Virus record (IMG/VR): IMGVR_UViG_3300033153_016035
Location: 1 to 64,000 of that record
Origin: a virus
Strand: one strand, 5' to 3'
DNA: 64,000 nucleotides
Below, piece after piece: positions 1 through 10,464 of the stretch (its first letter is position 1; every line of letters starts with the position of its first letter). The translations under genes were made by a program, and so were the position numbers. The notes under the pieces are model-generated. The model was not told the origin of the DNA. It worked only from the letters and a program-made list of their open reading frames with translations, and made no database searches.

Positions 1-192
1 ACGATTAGTGCCAGCCGCAGTCAACAGGGCCTCTAAATACTTTTCGACAATTTCGCATACCATCGCTTTACTATACTTAAAATGCCCTTTTTCGTTGACC
101 AGCAGATCACAGGCGTAGGAAATAACTTCCCCATGCGGAACAATGTGGTCCCGTGTTTTCTCACCGTTTCCCAACTCCGATATTGCGTCCAT
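1..192 (-). CDS. Partial ORF (runs off window), possibly HU/IHF-like DNA-binding protein
   Basis: ATG at 192 overlaps the portal 3' end and the frame is open to position 1 (MDAISELG...YSKAMVCEIVEKYLEALLTAAGTNR). The last helix resembles HU helix 2, but the diagnostic GFG motif would fall outside the window. Confidence 0.4.
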   Translation of the reverse strand, partial: MDAISELGNGEKTRDHIVPHGEVISYACDLLVNEKGHFKYSKAMVCEIVEKYLEALLTAAGTNR

Positions 193-1939
193 CCTGCATT
201 GCCCTTTCATATAGCTGTCTTCGTATTTTAACCCGCTCCTCTTTACGTGACGTGGTCTTCTTTTCAAAAAAAGTACCATCGAAGATGGGCCGCTTACTCT
301 CCACCTTCCTTTTACACATCTCCTCTAACCGCTCCGGCACTCGCACTGACGCAGAGGATACCATTGCTCCGCCTTGTGAAAAAAAGACTAGAGCTTCTGC
401 CATCTTGGGATTTTTATCCACGGCTTCCATAAGCCTTTTATACTCATCGGTGTTCTTACTCTTATCTGCAAACAGATTCTCCCCCTCATCCCCCTGATTC
501 ATCGCCGCCTCGGTATCTTCGGGATCAACCGTTTTTGCCAATAAAGTATCCACCATGTCCCCCGGCAGGTGCGCATACTCTTGCATCACATACTTAGCCC
601 AAAAGTCCATGTTCCACTCGTTATCCCGCCCCATAGACATCGCACGATCCATAAGATCAAAACGCATACCTATTAACTCTTTTCGCTCAATTTCCTGAAA
701 AGTGTTTATAGGGTTCATGAGGAGCATAAATCTATTTTTCTCGAAACGTGGATCCAGATTATGATAACCTAAGTGAATCTGCCCGGCCCTGGTAAGCGCT
801 CTAAGAAAAGCCCTTTGGGGGCCCATGCAGTTTTGAGCAAAACCCAAGTCCTGCTTTTCCAGGGGGGACGCGGGGTCGTAGTTATCCCCCAAATCCAAAC
901 CCAAATACCCCGGTGGAAACTTCAGCCCCCCGAAAAACCGACGTAAGAAAAAGTATAGGTCGTCAAGTGGGCCCGAGGAGGAAGAGGCTGGTGCGCTAGT
1001 TATACTGGTCTTATTATCTGCCCCGGTTGGTAAAAAGAAATCCCTGGACTCAGACCACGCCGCCGGCATTGACATTAACTCCTGTGCGCCAGGATTAAAG
1101 TACATATCACGATACATTCTATCACGGTACTCTTCACAAATATCAAAAGCATCCTCCGAGGAAGTTCCCCCAACATCTAAGAGTACCATCGTCCGATCGG
1201 GCCGCCGCCACAGCCTTTCAATGACCACCTTGTCCATACACCACTGAAGATCTTGCCAGTATTCACGGACGCCATACAGAAGCGACGACCTAGCCCCATA
1301 AATATCTGTACGCCTACGACGCGGCATCCTAAAATGCAAAGCCTCATAAAAAGGAATTACAGTGTCACGCCCGGCAAGTTCCCCCATATCATCAGATTGC
1401 CCAAATCCCTTAACAAGTCGATTTTCATCGACCAGCATCGCCACTTGCCAAGGGTCATACGGGTCGAAACGCACAATCCCCTCATTTCTGACCCCCGGTA
1501 TACCCTCAAAATGGTCGCCGTGTTGGAACATGCCCCTAATTATCTCAAAGGCCGTCTCATGAACCTCCATCTTGTCCAGGAAATTATTTATAATCTGCTG
1601 AACATCCTTATTGGCCGAGTAGCACCACACCACCCGACCCGCAATTTCCCTATTCGATTCACTGTTGGGTTGAGTGCAAGCTTTTGCGTAAGTATCCAAC
1701 ACGGACATAACCAGAGCGTCTTCATTCATCTCTGTGTAAACCGCATAAAGATTTATCCTACTGGAATCATTTAAACTGTCAAAGTATTGTGATATCCAAT
1801 GGGGCGTTTGCATCTTATTTCGCTCTTTATAACGCTTTGACCCCAACCCGGCAGTGCTAACCCCCCTACTTGCTACATTGTAATTAAATATCCCCTGAAA
1901 AGTATTAAATGGGTGCAGTACATATTCTAATAATCTCAT
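161..1939 (-). CDS. Portal protein (T4 gp20-like)
   Basis: HFR..., RLWRRPDRTMVLLDVG and DFFLP motifs match the gp20 pattern (R..RAPERR.FYIDVG; DYWLP). Adjacent to TerL. Confidence 0.9.
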   Translation of the reverse strand: MRLLEYVLHPFNTFQGIFNYNVASRGVSTAGLGSKRYKERNKMQTPHWISQYFDSLNDSSRINLYAVYTEMNEDALVMSVLDTYAKACTQPNSESNREIAGRVVWCYSANKDVQQIINNFLDKMEVHETAFEIIRGMFQHGDHFEGIPGVRNEGIVRFDPYDPWQVAMLVDENRLVKGFGQSDDMGELAGRDTVIPFYEALHFRMPRRRRTDIYGARSSLLYGVREYWQDLQWCMDKVVIERLWRRPDRTMVLLDVGGTSSEDAFDICEEYRDRMYRDMYFNPGAQELMSMPAAWSESRDFFLPTGADNKTSITSAPASSSSGPLDDLYFFLRRFFGGLKFPPGYLGLDLGDNYDPASPLEKQDLGFAQNCMGPQRAFLRALTRAGQIHLGYHNLDPRFEKNRFMLLMNPINTFQEIERKELIGMRFDLMDRAMSMGRDNEWNMDFWAKYVMQEYAHLPGDMVDTLLAKTVDPEDTEAAMNQGDEGENLFADKSKNTDEYKRLMEAVDKNPKMAEALVFFSQGGAMVSSASVRVPERLEEMCKRKVESKRPIFDGTFFEKKTTSRKEERVKIRRQLYERAMQDGRNIGVGKR

Positions 1940-3927
1940 TCATTTGCCTCCACTAACTCCTGTAATGCTGTCAGATACTTATTATACGCTGCCGCCTTTT
2001 TGCTATAAAACGTCTCATGCTGACGAGCTTCTACTGGCTTAATTTTGTCTGTTAAACACTGATATGCCGCCCCCGCCAGTGCATCAGCCAGGTCTTTACT
2101 TCCCCCGACCGGGTGATCGACCTTTAAAGACACACTGTCGAAGTCAAGTTCCACCAACTCATCGTACAAAATACCCACATATGGGATACTTATACGTCTG
2201 GCTGTTATAGCATTACGTAGTATCATATATGCCAAATGCTCTTTGTCAACGGAAAAAACTGCCGCCGACATCCCGGCGTCCGTTAACCGCTGAATAGAAT
2301 CTTCCGATTGGTAAGAGTCATAGGTTACTCTACGTATCCAGTACCCACAACGCCTAAGGTGAAAAATTAACCGCCTAATATTAGCAAAATCTATAGATTG
2401 CCTCTTCGGCCCAGCCACAACTGCCAACGCTAAATCCACCTCTACGGTTTTATGGACATCATAGATGCCGAGGCCGTCTTCGTCTTTATCAGAGCGTTCA
2501 ATTGAAATTATATGGGAAGACGGATGCACCATTACCACGCCAGCACGATCATTATTTTTCGCCAGGTCGACGTGGATATATCGAGGGGCATCGGCCCGTC
2601 GTCTGGGTATGTACCTACCACTCATAACACGACAAGCCTTTTCCTTTAAAAACTCTGTGGCTAGTTCTAAACCGCTTCCCAAATAAGCCGCTTGAACCGT
2701 AGACCTGAACGGATTTAAAAGCTCCTTATTTTGACATGACTTAATCCGCTCATGCGACGGGAACAACTTAAGTACTGCCTGAGTGGACACTCCGGCCAAG
2801 TCTTGTAAAGCACCGTCAGTGTCAACCTCAAAAGCCCCAAAATGCTCCACGGGGATCTCCACCACCTGGCAGTCTACATCCGGCTCAAACTCGGGAGTAA
2901 CCTTAAAGGCCCCCTCCTGTGTCTTTGATACTGCGTCCAGTACCTTACTGTCCACGTCTTTATTCCCGACCTGCACACGGAATCGCTCTCCGCCGTAACG
3001 GTCGTTACCCTCAGCATCCTTATCCACAAAATCCCACAAAGCCCCACAAACTATGTAGTACCCCTGTTTCCCGCGTATACTACGTATCCGCTGCTCTAAA
3101 AAACTGGACTCCGAGGATGTGGACCCCAAAAATATACATGCCCCCGGTATATCCCCCCCTTTTCGCATAAAACGGCTTTCCAGTCTCCGGCTGACAGAGT
3201 TAGCCAGTTTAAATGCCTTGTGCGCGGTGGATTCCCCCTGCGCCATCAGGTTCATTTCATCAACACATATCGCAAAGAGGTTTTTACCGGCGGCGTGCAG
3301 AGACCTTGATCCGGTTTTAATAACAACGGATTTTGGAAATATAATCTGGTCATCGCCAAAAGGTTTACGCCGGTACACCTCGTTAAAAAAGGGGGAATCA
3401 GCCAGAATTTGGTCACGGAGGACATAAAACCCGGCGTCCTCCGCACTCTCTAATGACAAAGAGTATATACCAAAAACAATCTTTGATTTTTTAGCCAGGC
3501 CAAAAAACCGCGCTGGGTCTTTTAGACACAAAACCTTATGAACCAGATAGGCCATTACAAGCCCACTGCCTATCGTAGTCTTCCCAATACCAAAGGATCC
3601 TGTGAGTATAATTTCAAAAAATCCTTTAGACGGATCACACATCTCCAGCAGAGGAGCCCACCAGTTGTCATAAATCTCCTCCTTAAAATGTCCTAAATAA
3701 TCCGAGTGATTAAAAAATGTGTGAGGATCAACCCTCTTGTTATCATAATCTACAGAATACAATGCCTCCAGCATCGCGGTATCCCCGCCCAAATAGGCAC
3801 TAACCACTTCGCGGACATACTCCCTCCCCGCAGGAGTTAAATCTTCAAATATCTGTAGATACCCCTGCTGAAACTGTTTGAGACAAGCTTCCAAAACACT
3901 ATCAGGTACTTGCCTTTGATTCTTCAT
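1936..3927 (-). CDS. terL: Terminase large subunit
   Basis: Walker A GSFGIGKT, Walker B ICVDE, RNaseH-like nuclease motifs HVDLA...TYDSYQS...DHPVGGSKDLADA. Confidence 0.95.
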   Translation of the reverse strand: MKNQRQVPDSVLEACLKQFQQGYLQIFEDLTPAGREYVREVVSAYLGGDTAMLEALYSVDYDNKRVDPHTFFNHSDYLGHFKEEIYDNWWAPLLEMCDPSKGFFEIILTGSFGIGKTTIGSGLVMAYLVHKVLCLKDPARFFGLAKKSKIVFGIYSLSLESAEDAGFYVLRDQILADSPFFNEVYRRKPFGDDQIIFPKSVVIKTGSRSLHAAGKNLFAICVDEMNLMAQGESTAHKAFKLANSVSRRLESRFMRKGGDIPGACIFLGSTSSESSFLEQRIRSIRGKQGYYIVCGALWDFVDKDAEGNDRYGGERFRVQVGNKDVDSKVLDAVSKTQEGAFKVTPEFEPDVDCQVVEIPVEHFGAFEVDTDGALQDLAGVSTQAVLKLFPSHERIKSCQNKELLNPFRSTVQAAYLGSGLELATEFLKEKACRVMSGRYIPRRRADAPRYIHVDLAKNNDRAGVVMVHPSSHIISIERSDKDEDGLGIYDVHKTVEVDLALAVVAGPKRQSIDFANIRRLIFHLRRCGYWIRRVTYDSYQSEDSIQRLTDAGMSAAVFSVDKEHLAYMILRNAITARRISIPYVGILYDELVELDFDSVSLKVDHPVGGSKDLADALAGAAYQCLTDKIKPVEARQHETFYSKKAAAYNKYLTALQELVEANE

Positions 3928-4666
3928 CTTCCTTCCCTTTCAATTTTGTATCCCGCACCCCCGCTACCACTTCATTTTCCTTTCCTGATTCCGACTCCGG
4001 GTTATTCTCCACCCCATCTTCCTTTGCCTTATCCAGGTTATCCATTAAAATACGTAATTTCTCCCGCATCTGTGGTGGAACCTCCCCGGGTATCGAAGAT
4101 TTGTCAAATTCCCCAGAGAAGGCCACTTTGTCCCCCTGACCCTCTCTCCCAATCACACCTTTATTGTCTTGCACTATATAGGAAGTCAAGCGCATTATAA
4201 TTTCCACGGAGTTCTTCATATCGAGCTGCGCCAACTCTCCTAGCTGCGCCAACTCTTTGATTGATAGCGGTTTTCCTTGTTCATCCATCGTAGTACGCCA
4301 AGGCTTATTTAACTCATCGAGTACCTTACTCATCAAAGTTGCGCTCTTTTGAAACAAATTAAGCCTTAATTGGGCTAAAACGTACGCGGAATTGAGTGTT
4401 GCATTGCGGGCCTCTGCGCTGAAAATACGTAGCCCAGATTCCGCCAGCACCGACACCCAATCCTCGGGGGTCATACCCGCTATAGCCAGATCGGCCAACT
4501 CTTTTTTTGCAAATACCTGCTCTAACTCTTCCTTCAACTGTTTTGTGGTAGTAGGTCCGTAGTTATCCCGATACTCTTTCATCGTACTAATGCCATGTGT
4601 CCGCAAATGATGCATAGTTAACTGCGTAAAATACTGACCACACAGAGCGCATTGCACACCTTTCAC
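3902..4666 (-). CDS. Putative terminase small subunit with N-terminal C2H2-type zinc finger
   Basis: CALC..x9..HLRTH finger, helical body, overlaps the terL start. The function is inferred from position. Confidence 0.45.
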   Translation of the reverse strand: MKGVQCALCGQYFTQLTMHHLRTHGISTMKEYRDNYGPTTTKQLKEELEQVFAKKELADLAIAGMTPEDWVSVLAESGLRIFSAEARNATLNSAYVLAQLRLNLFQKSATLMSKVLDELNKPWRTTMDEQGKPLSIKELAQLGELAQLDMKNSVEIIMRLTSYIVQDNKGVIGREGQGDKVAFSGEFDKSSIPGEVPPQMREKLRILMDNLDKAKEDGVENNPESESGKENEVVAGVRDTKLKGKEDEESKAST

Positions 4667-5052
4667 TTTTTACCCCCTTTCGTGACTTTCATGGTTTTCG
4701 TGACTACCATCCGCTCCGCTTGATGCTGCAAATATTTCTCGACCCAGTAGTGGACCCGCCCGTCGGGGACCACTATTCCCAGCCGCATAAGTGTCTCGCA
4801 TTTTTTAATATTTATGACACTGTCGGGTATGCCAGCCAACGAACACCACTCACTCAAGGAAACTACGCAAGCAGACCACCAGCCCTCCGGCATTTCATTT
4901 TTCTTCTTTTTTTTGTATGGGGTATGGTCGCGGGGAACAATCTCCCACACCAGCAGTAACTTCTGAAAAGCCACATCCTTCTCTACCACTAAAACCTTCT
5001 TCTGTTGTGTTACCGGTCGTGTCTCCCGGTATAAACTATCATACTCTTCCAT
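4663..5052 (-). CDS. Hypothetical phage protein
   Basis: 129-aa ORF overlapping both neighbours in an operon-like arrangement. Confidence 0.7.
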   Translation of the reverse strand: MEEYDSLYRETRPVTQQKKVLVVEKDVAFQKLLLVWEIVPRDHTPYKKKKKNEMPEGWWSACVVSLSEWCSLAGIPDSVINIKKCETLMRLGIVVPDGRVHYWVEKYLQHQAERMVVTKTMKVTKGGKK

Positions 5053-5587
5053 TATTCACTCCCGGAAAGCATGTGAGGTACTGCTTTGTAGTCGGCATCC
5101 GCAAACTGCTAATTCGACAATTACCCGTGGTAAACAACTGCTTGATGCGGTCCATACAGGATTCGCCGACGATTTCAATAATTAAAGGAACTAAACTAAA
5201 TGGTGTATTTTCTAACAAAATCTGATCCGGGTAATACAGCCGCCCCCCAAAAATTGTAAGAAACACATATGCCACCTCAAACCCTTGTTGCACTATGGGG
5301 GGTATAATCCACAAATCAACATTCTTAGACAAATTCTGAATGAACGTAATTAGCTGTTTATCTGTTAAAAATGGGGCCTTCCAATCAGGCACATTACAAC
5401 GCGCATTTAGATGTGCCACCACAAAATTTATTATAGTATTTGTCTGCCTTGGCGGTATTTTATACCGCACACTCCCTGACATGGTGTCCAGGGCGACATT
5501 ATTCTCACGCCACATTTCTGCCGCTCCGCCCATCAGCCGCTGCTGTTGTTCAAAATTTATATTAGGATACAATTCTGGGGTTATCAT
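5039..5587 (-). CDS. Hypothetical phage protein
   Basis: 182-aa ORF, overlaps both neighbours. Confidence 0.7.
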   Translation of the reverse strand: MITPELYPNINFEQQQRLMGGAAEMWRENNVALDTMSGSVRYKIPPRQTNTIINFVVAHLNARCNVPDWKAPFLTDKQLITFIQNLSKNVDLWIIPPIVQQGFEVAYVFLTIFGGRLYYPDQILLENTPFSLVPLIIEIVGESCMDRIKQLFTTGNCRISSLRMPTTKQYLTCFPGVNNGRV

Positions 5588-6374
5588 CCTTCACCACCGC
5601 CACACTTAAATCAATGCCATATTCGTATTTAACGCTCTGAATAAACTCGACTATCTTGTGCTCCAACTCTGAGGCCACTTCTAGTCCTTCCCCAGAAAAT
5701 GTGGAACTTAGGTAATGTGCAGACAACACACCAACCGAATGGCCTGTGGACATACCGCTGCCACCGTTCCGTTTTACCGCCTTACCTTGTGCTTTTTTAA
5801 ACAAAGAAAAGTCCTCGGCGCTATCAAAGGCCACTTGAACCTTAATCACCTGCTTTAGTTTCCCAACAACAAGCTCACCGCAGTTCTCGCCGTCAAGGGT
5901 TTTTTGCGGAGAAGTAGCTGTGGCCAAACGGACGGTTTGTGTAACCTCACTTTCCGTCATATATTTAGCAATTTCACACCATTTTACCATTGATTCACTA
6001 TCACTCACCACACGGCAAATTTGACATGCCCGGGTCCATCCCAACAGGAAAAGGGTTTTTATCAACTCGGCGGGCGCGTCAATCTGATGTAGTTTAGAGG
6101 CTAAATCACGTAAATAGCGTGCTCGACGCTCACCTATAGCAAGTTCCCCGTATGCCCACAAGTAAAACCCAGTATACCCCTTTTGTAATTCACAGTATTT
6201 AGCTTCGCGCCACAAACCCTCGCTGTGAACTACATAGAGGTAACATGCTATTTCATAAGTAGCAAACCAGTCAATAACAGATAGCTGCCGTATCCGCGTA
6301 TTGATGGTAGCCCTAGAATCTGAGAAGAATGCCTTGACGGGCCGCACTGAAATACTACCTATTGTCTCAGCCAC
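5562..6374 (-). CDS. Hypothetical DNA-binding protein (DUF3102-like helical pattern)
   Basis: Pattern YEIA..L.....LW....GY.GF..W...EL.I.ERRARYL...LGWT. The start is more likely the GTG near 6374, overlapping the upstream stop, than 6542. Confidence 0.55.
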   Translation of the reverse strand: MAETIGSISVRPVKAFFSDSRATINTRIRQLSVIDWFATYEIACYLYVVHSEGLWREAKYCELQKGYTGFYLWAYGELAIGERRARYLRDLASKLHQIDAPAELIKTLFLLGWTRACQICRVVSDSESMVKWCEIAKYMTESEVTQTVRLATATSPQKTLDGENCGELVVGKLKQVIKVQVAFDSAEDFSLFKKAQGKAVKRNGGSGMSTGHSVGVLSAHYLSSTFSGEGLEVASELEHKIVEFIQSVKYEYGIDLSVAVVKDDNPRIVS

Positions 6375-6669
6375 CTTCCTCACTAACTGTCCTGATCCTA
6401 CTTGTTGATCCACGATGCACTCCAAAGAGGGCTTTAAAATCCTCAAAGGAAAAAGCGTTGGCAGTACTCCGTCTAATCCAGGCGCAGTATTCACTGCAAA
6501 ATACTGAAAACCTGGCGTTATTAACTCCCAACTCGGCCGCAATTTCCTTCAATGGTTTATTTAGCCTAGATGTAAAATAGCCATCAAATGAATCAAACCC
6601 AAACACTCTTGCTTGTTTCTCGCACTGCCTTAAAATGTTCTTACTCTTGGTTGTTAATTCTCCTTGCAC
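6367..6669 (-). CDS. Small HTH protein
   Basis: PLKEIAAELGVNNARFS helix-turn-helix signature. Confidence 0.6.
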   Translation of the reverse strand: MQGELTTKSKNILRQCEKQARVFGFDSFDGYFTSRLNKPLKEIAAELGVNNARFSVFCSEYCAWIRRSTANAFSFEDFKALFGVHRGSTSRIRTVSEEGG

Positions 6670-7012
6670 ATAAAAGCTCCTTTAAAAACTTAAAAGGGAT
6701 TACTACCCAATCCCTCTCCTCCAACAAATGCTTTGGCTCAAAGTCAAAACGAATACTAAAGGCGGGCACTTTACCCTGTTGAAAGGCAATCCCTTTAATT
6801 TTAGCTAATTCACTATACTTTAACACAAACGATTTTTTTTCTGTACACTTGGCCTCAACTACAATATCCTCAACAGCAAAATCACCCTTCAGGGCTACCG
6901 GTGGTAATGCCCCAGACGCTGGCTTTTGTCTTCCTCCTAACTGCCGCGCCTGCTCCTTCTCCTGCTTTTTAAATCCAGGAATCTTTTTTTTCGTAAAATA
7001 CGGGTGGACCAC
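6641..7012 (-). CDS. Holliday junction resolvase (PD-(D/E)XK family)
   Basis: QEK..A..LGG...PASGA...KGD...VEAK motif set. Lies directly downstream of recA. Confidence 0.8.
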   Translation of the reverse strand: MVHPYFTKKKIPGFKKQEKEQARQLGGRQKPASGALPPVALKGDFAVEDIVVEAKCTEKKSFVLKYSELAKIKGIAFQQGKVPAFSIRFDFEPKHLLEERDWVVIPFKFLKELLCARRINNQE

Positions 7013-8364
7013 TACTCCCCCTTTTCTTTTTTCTTTGGCTTCTCCAGACGCACATCTTGCAGCGCCTGTAACACCGCGTGACGTAGTCCATTAAACACAG
7101 TAGGATTCTCAACCAAATACTTATTCAGGTCAGGTATGGTTTTAAACCCCAGTTTATCCTCACCTATATAGTATTTGGTGGATTTTTTAATAAGCTCAGT
7201 CTGTCGCCCATACTTTATTACCAAGGCCATGTCGTCCGTATCACCTATTGCTCTCTCACCGCAGGGATCCAACCACACCTTAAAAGTTCCAGCTATGCCC
7301 GACGCACCCCCACTATGGTTTTTTTTAATCGTAAATTCGTACTCCCCTTCAGAAGCATAATTAGCGTGTATAAAATGAAACTTCTTCTGCCTGAAATACA
7401 GATCTAGGGATACCAGATGATCTACCACATTCCCATCATTTACACCTATATAAGGGCGGAATCCCCCAATGCCTTTTGTGCGTACCTGCGAGTTCATAAC
7501 TACTGTCACACTACGGTCTGTCATAACGCCGCCGGAGTACTGCGCACACACAATCTTTTCTAAAAATCTTTGTTTTATCCTAGCCTTCCCAGCTATTTTT
7601 TCGTTATCTTCCGCACTTTTAGTAATTGTTTCCTTCGTGGACAACATAGAAATAGTATCTATAAAAATGATATCCACCTCACTGGTATACATCATTTGCT
7701 CAACGGTGTCTATGAGTTTCTCGCCCCAAACACACCCCAACACCACCACCAGCTTATTATCCACCCCGTTAGCCGCCGCCCAGGACTTATCCATCTTGTG
7801 CTCTGTTTCTATAAACAAAGTCTGAAAAGGAGCACATCTATAAGTTTCCTCAAACGTCGACGACATCCCATTTGAAGTAGTTATAGTAACTCCGGACTTC
7901 TTTTTTACCGCCGATGGGGGTATGCGGCCAAGCAACACCGCGTCGACGTCGTCATCCCTAGTCAAATACTGCAATACTATACTATTAGTTAGTTTGTAAC
8001 GGGGGGATGGGCACTGACAATTCATACCGTTTTCTGTTTTAATTAAGGGGGTCTTGCAATACCGACAATAGTTTTGCGCGTGATACAGTATCTTATACAT
8101 AGTGGTAGTCTTAAATGAATCCTTGGGCCCCCCAATACGGGTAATTCTATTTAATGGAACCCCCCCACCCGTGTACCAATCAAGATGAAATATCCCGGTA
8201 GGAATTTTCTTAACCTCAAAAGTTGTCGCACGATCTAAGACGGACGCCGTGTGAACACCGTCCTTCTCAACACCCAACGCCAATGCAATATCCTTCAGCC
8301 TCGCGTATCCGTGTGAGGGGTCTCCCTTAAGATCGTAGTCCGTTGTCGGAGGTTCAGTACACAT
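7012..8364 (-). CDS. recA: RecA/UvsX-like recombinase with Cys-rich insert
   Basis: IPTG..HLD..TGGG.P..RITRI.GPKDSFKTT, FIETEH, IFIDTI and NSQVR motifs. Start placed at ATG 8364 after AAGGGG; the ORF-track start 8514 lies inside the upstream gene. Confidence 0.9.
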   Translation of the reverse strand: MCTEPPTTDYDLKGDPSHGYARLKDIALALGVEKDGVHTASVLDRATTFEVKKIPTGIFHLDWYTGGGVPLNRITRIGGPKDSFKTTTMYKILYHAQNYCRYCKTPLIKTENGMNCQCPSPRYKLTNSIVLQYLTRDDDVDAVLLGRIPPSAVKKKSGVTITTSNGMSSTFEETYRCAPFQTLFIETEHKMDKSWAAANGVDNKLVVVLGCVWGEKLIDTVEQMMYTSEVDIIFIDTISMLSTKETITKSAEDNEKIAGKARIKQRFLEKIVCAQYSGGVMTDRSVTVVMNSQVRTKGIGGFRPYIGVNDGNVVDHLVSLDLYFRQKKFHFIHANYASEGEYEFTIKKNHSGGASGIAGTFKVWLDPCGERAIGDTDDMALVIKYGRQTELIKKSTKYYIGEDKLGFKTIPDLNKYLVENPTVFNGLRHAVLQALQDVRLEKPKKKEKGE

Positions 8365-9151
8365 ACACAGGCCCCTTAAATTTAAATTTTTGTGACAGCC
8401 GTGCCCGCAATTGGGTGGTGCGCTGCTTGCCCGGTGATATGTCAATCTCACCGGCGATATCGCGGACGGCTTCCACCGAAAATTCAGGAAGCCAAAACCG
8501 CCCATTACGATCACACACCGCCGGGATTAAACCCTCATTAAGCCACCGGATAACTATTTGCCGATGGCGTTTTAAATCCCCTATAAGCTTATTTAACGGA
8601 TACACAAAAAGATATTTGTCCCCCAGTTTCAGCCATCGAGGGTTATTGCACGAACGAGCAGTACTTTTCCTTTTAGCCACATACCCGTCTTTGCGGTACA
8701 GCCGGATTACCCCTGTCCTTAACCTTCTTATTTCCACTGGAGGGTCTTGTAACTCCCAGTGTTTACCCTCCTCTATTACAGTAAGATTTTTTTCCTTGAC
8801 TTTAAATATGCGACAAAGTGGATAATAAATCTCTTCCACGGGCAGATAGCCCGCATTTAAAGAGCCTACCACATAACTATCAACCGGGATCTCAAATAAC
8901 TTATTCTTCTCCTTACGATAATAATCCCGTACCGTACGGTTTACCCGCTTCCGGTACTCATCATCTTCTCGTTGCAGCTTCCGGCGACGAGTAATTCTAT
9001 CCTTGTTTTTTAGGTAGTATGCTTCCCAGTAAAGATCAACCATCTTTTCTCCAGCTCCAACTTTTTCCGAATTCGGAAAACTTTCATCCGAAACAGAGGT
9101 CAACTTCTTCTCCAGTTCAAACTTTTTATCGACATCCCCGCCTGCTCCCAC
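8354..9151 (-). CDS. Hypothetical protein with C-terminal MerR-like HTH
   Basis: YPLNKLIGDLKRHRQIVIRWLNEGLIP..DRNGRFW matches the MerR/excisionase-type winged HTH pattern. Confidence 0.55.
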   Translation of the reverse strand: MGAGGDVDKKFELEKKLTSVSDESFPNSEKVGAGEKMVDLYWEAYYLKNKDRITRRRKLQREDDEYRKRVNRTVRDYYRKEKNKLFEIPVDSYVVGSLNAGYLPVEEIYYPLCRIFKVKEKNLTVIEEGKHWELQDPPVEIRRLRTGVIRLYRKDGYVAKRKSTARSCNNPRWLKLGDKYLFVYPLNKLIGDLKRHRQIVIRWLNEGLIPAVCDRNGRFWLPEFSVEAVRDIAGEIDISPGKQRTTQLRARLSQKFKFKGPVYVY

Positions 9152-10464
9152 CGCGAGCGCCGATACTGCGCTCTGCGCTGTAAAAAGGGCACCTGATCCA
9201 CCGGATCAATTATATAAGGCTCCGGCTTGCCCTCATATACCCGCGTTACCCGCCCCTTTAGCTGTTTTAAATTACTAATCGGCGGCGTGGCGCATAACAT
9301 AGAATCCTTCCTCGGAGCATTAAAACCCTCAGAAGCCATTTGGTACGTTACAAAAAGAGCCCGACAACTCTTTTTCATTTGTTGTAATTCCCTTTGTGGC
9401 ACCCCGCTAAAATAACATCCGGTGTCACCTACTGGTATGCCCAGGCCAACAGATGCTAACTTTATATCCTCCAAATGTTTTTTTATATCAGCGAAGACAA
9501 AAAAATCGCGTCCTTTCCTGTACATATTGGAAACTATTTCCGCTAGAATCCTCGTCCGCACCCCACTGCCCATCAGTTTCTTAGCCACCTGCATTCTAGT
9601 AAGATCACCCGATAAATATAGGCTACTAGTTGGTATCAGAACCTGCCAGACAATCCCTCCGCCAACCTCCGCCGCCTGCACCTCTATCAATATGTCACCG
9701 ACAAGGTACCGAAAAAGCTCCTCCAGTCCGTCGGTGCGTACCAGGGTGGCCGTTAATCCTATTATATACTCTGACTGCAACCATGAAAAGGTTTGCAACC
9801 ACGTATCTGCGGGTAAATGTTGGGCCTCGTCTATGATGACAAGACCAAACTTTTTAAAAAAAGTAGTTCGACGTTCCTTGCAGAGGGAATTTATCATCCC
9901 GATCACTATCGGTGTTTTTTTAGTTGCGCCATCCCTCCGTTTCCCACGGTATACTCCGAGACGAAGACCTTTATAGCTAGTCTCCGCCTCCTCCATGTAT
10001 TGTGAGATCTGGTACTCCCTGGACACTATTATGAGAGTTGACCGATTAAATCTCCGAGCCAACTCTAACCCCATAAGGGTTTTACCGCACCCCGGAGGCG
10101 CCACACCATAGCCGCCCATCCCATTATCCTGTACAGCGCCCATCAAACACTGCACAAAGTCTTCCTGATTCACTCCAGCAAAATTGACAGACAGCGACCG
10201 CTTAACTTTAACGGTGTCCGCAAAAGGAAATCCGCCGGAACTTTCGTTTCGCACACTAAAGGAATCCCCACTTAAAAATGGAAACCTCCGGGGGGTATAA
10301 AGTAAAGTTCCCCCTCCCACTCTCTGCACCGTGTAGCAGGGGAAACGGGAATAGGTTTTCTCATGATAATTATACTTCCTGAACGTCAGGATGTCCATCA
10401 CATCCCTGGGGTAGTTTGGCAGTATTGCCAATCCGCCCCTTATCACTACAGGATATTTCATCAT
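9100..10464 (-). CDS. Superfamily 2 DEAD/H-like helicase (UvsW/XPB-like)
   Basis: APPGCGKT, IIDEAQH, GLTAT, SEGFN and QLKGRVTR motifs. Confidence 0.9.
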   Translation of the reverse strand: MMKYPVVIRGGLAILPNYPRDVMDILTFRKYNYHEKTYSRFPCYTVQRVGGGTLLYTPRRFPFLSGDSFSVRNESSGGFPFADTVKVKRSLSVNFAGVNQEDFVQCLMGAVQDNGMGGYGVAPPGCGKTLMGLELARRFNRSTLIIVSREYQISQYMEEAETSYKGLRLGVYRGKRRDGATKKTPIVIGMINSLCKERRTTFFKKFGLVIIDEAQHLPADTWLQTFSWLQSEYIIGLTATLVRTDGLEELFRYLVGDILIEVQAAEVGGGIVWQVLIPTSSLYLSGDLTRMQVAKKLMGSGVRTRILAEIVSNMYRKGRDFFVFADIKKHLEDIKLASVGLGIPVGDTGCYFSGVPQRELQQMKKSCRALFVTYQMASEGFNAPRKDSMLCATPPISNLKQLKGRVTRVYEGKPEPYIIDPVDQVPFLQRRAQYRRSRWEQAGMSIKSLNWRRS

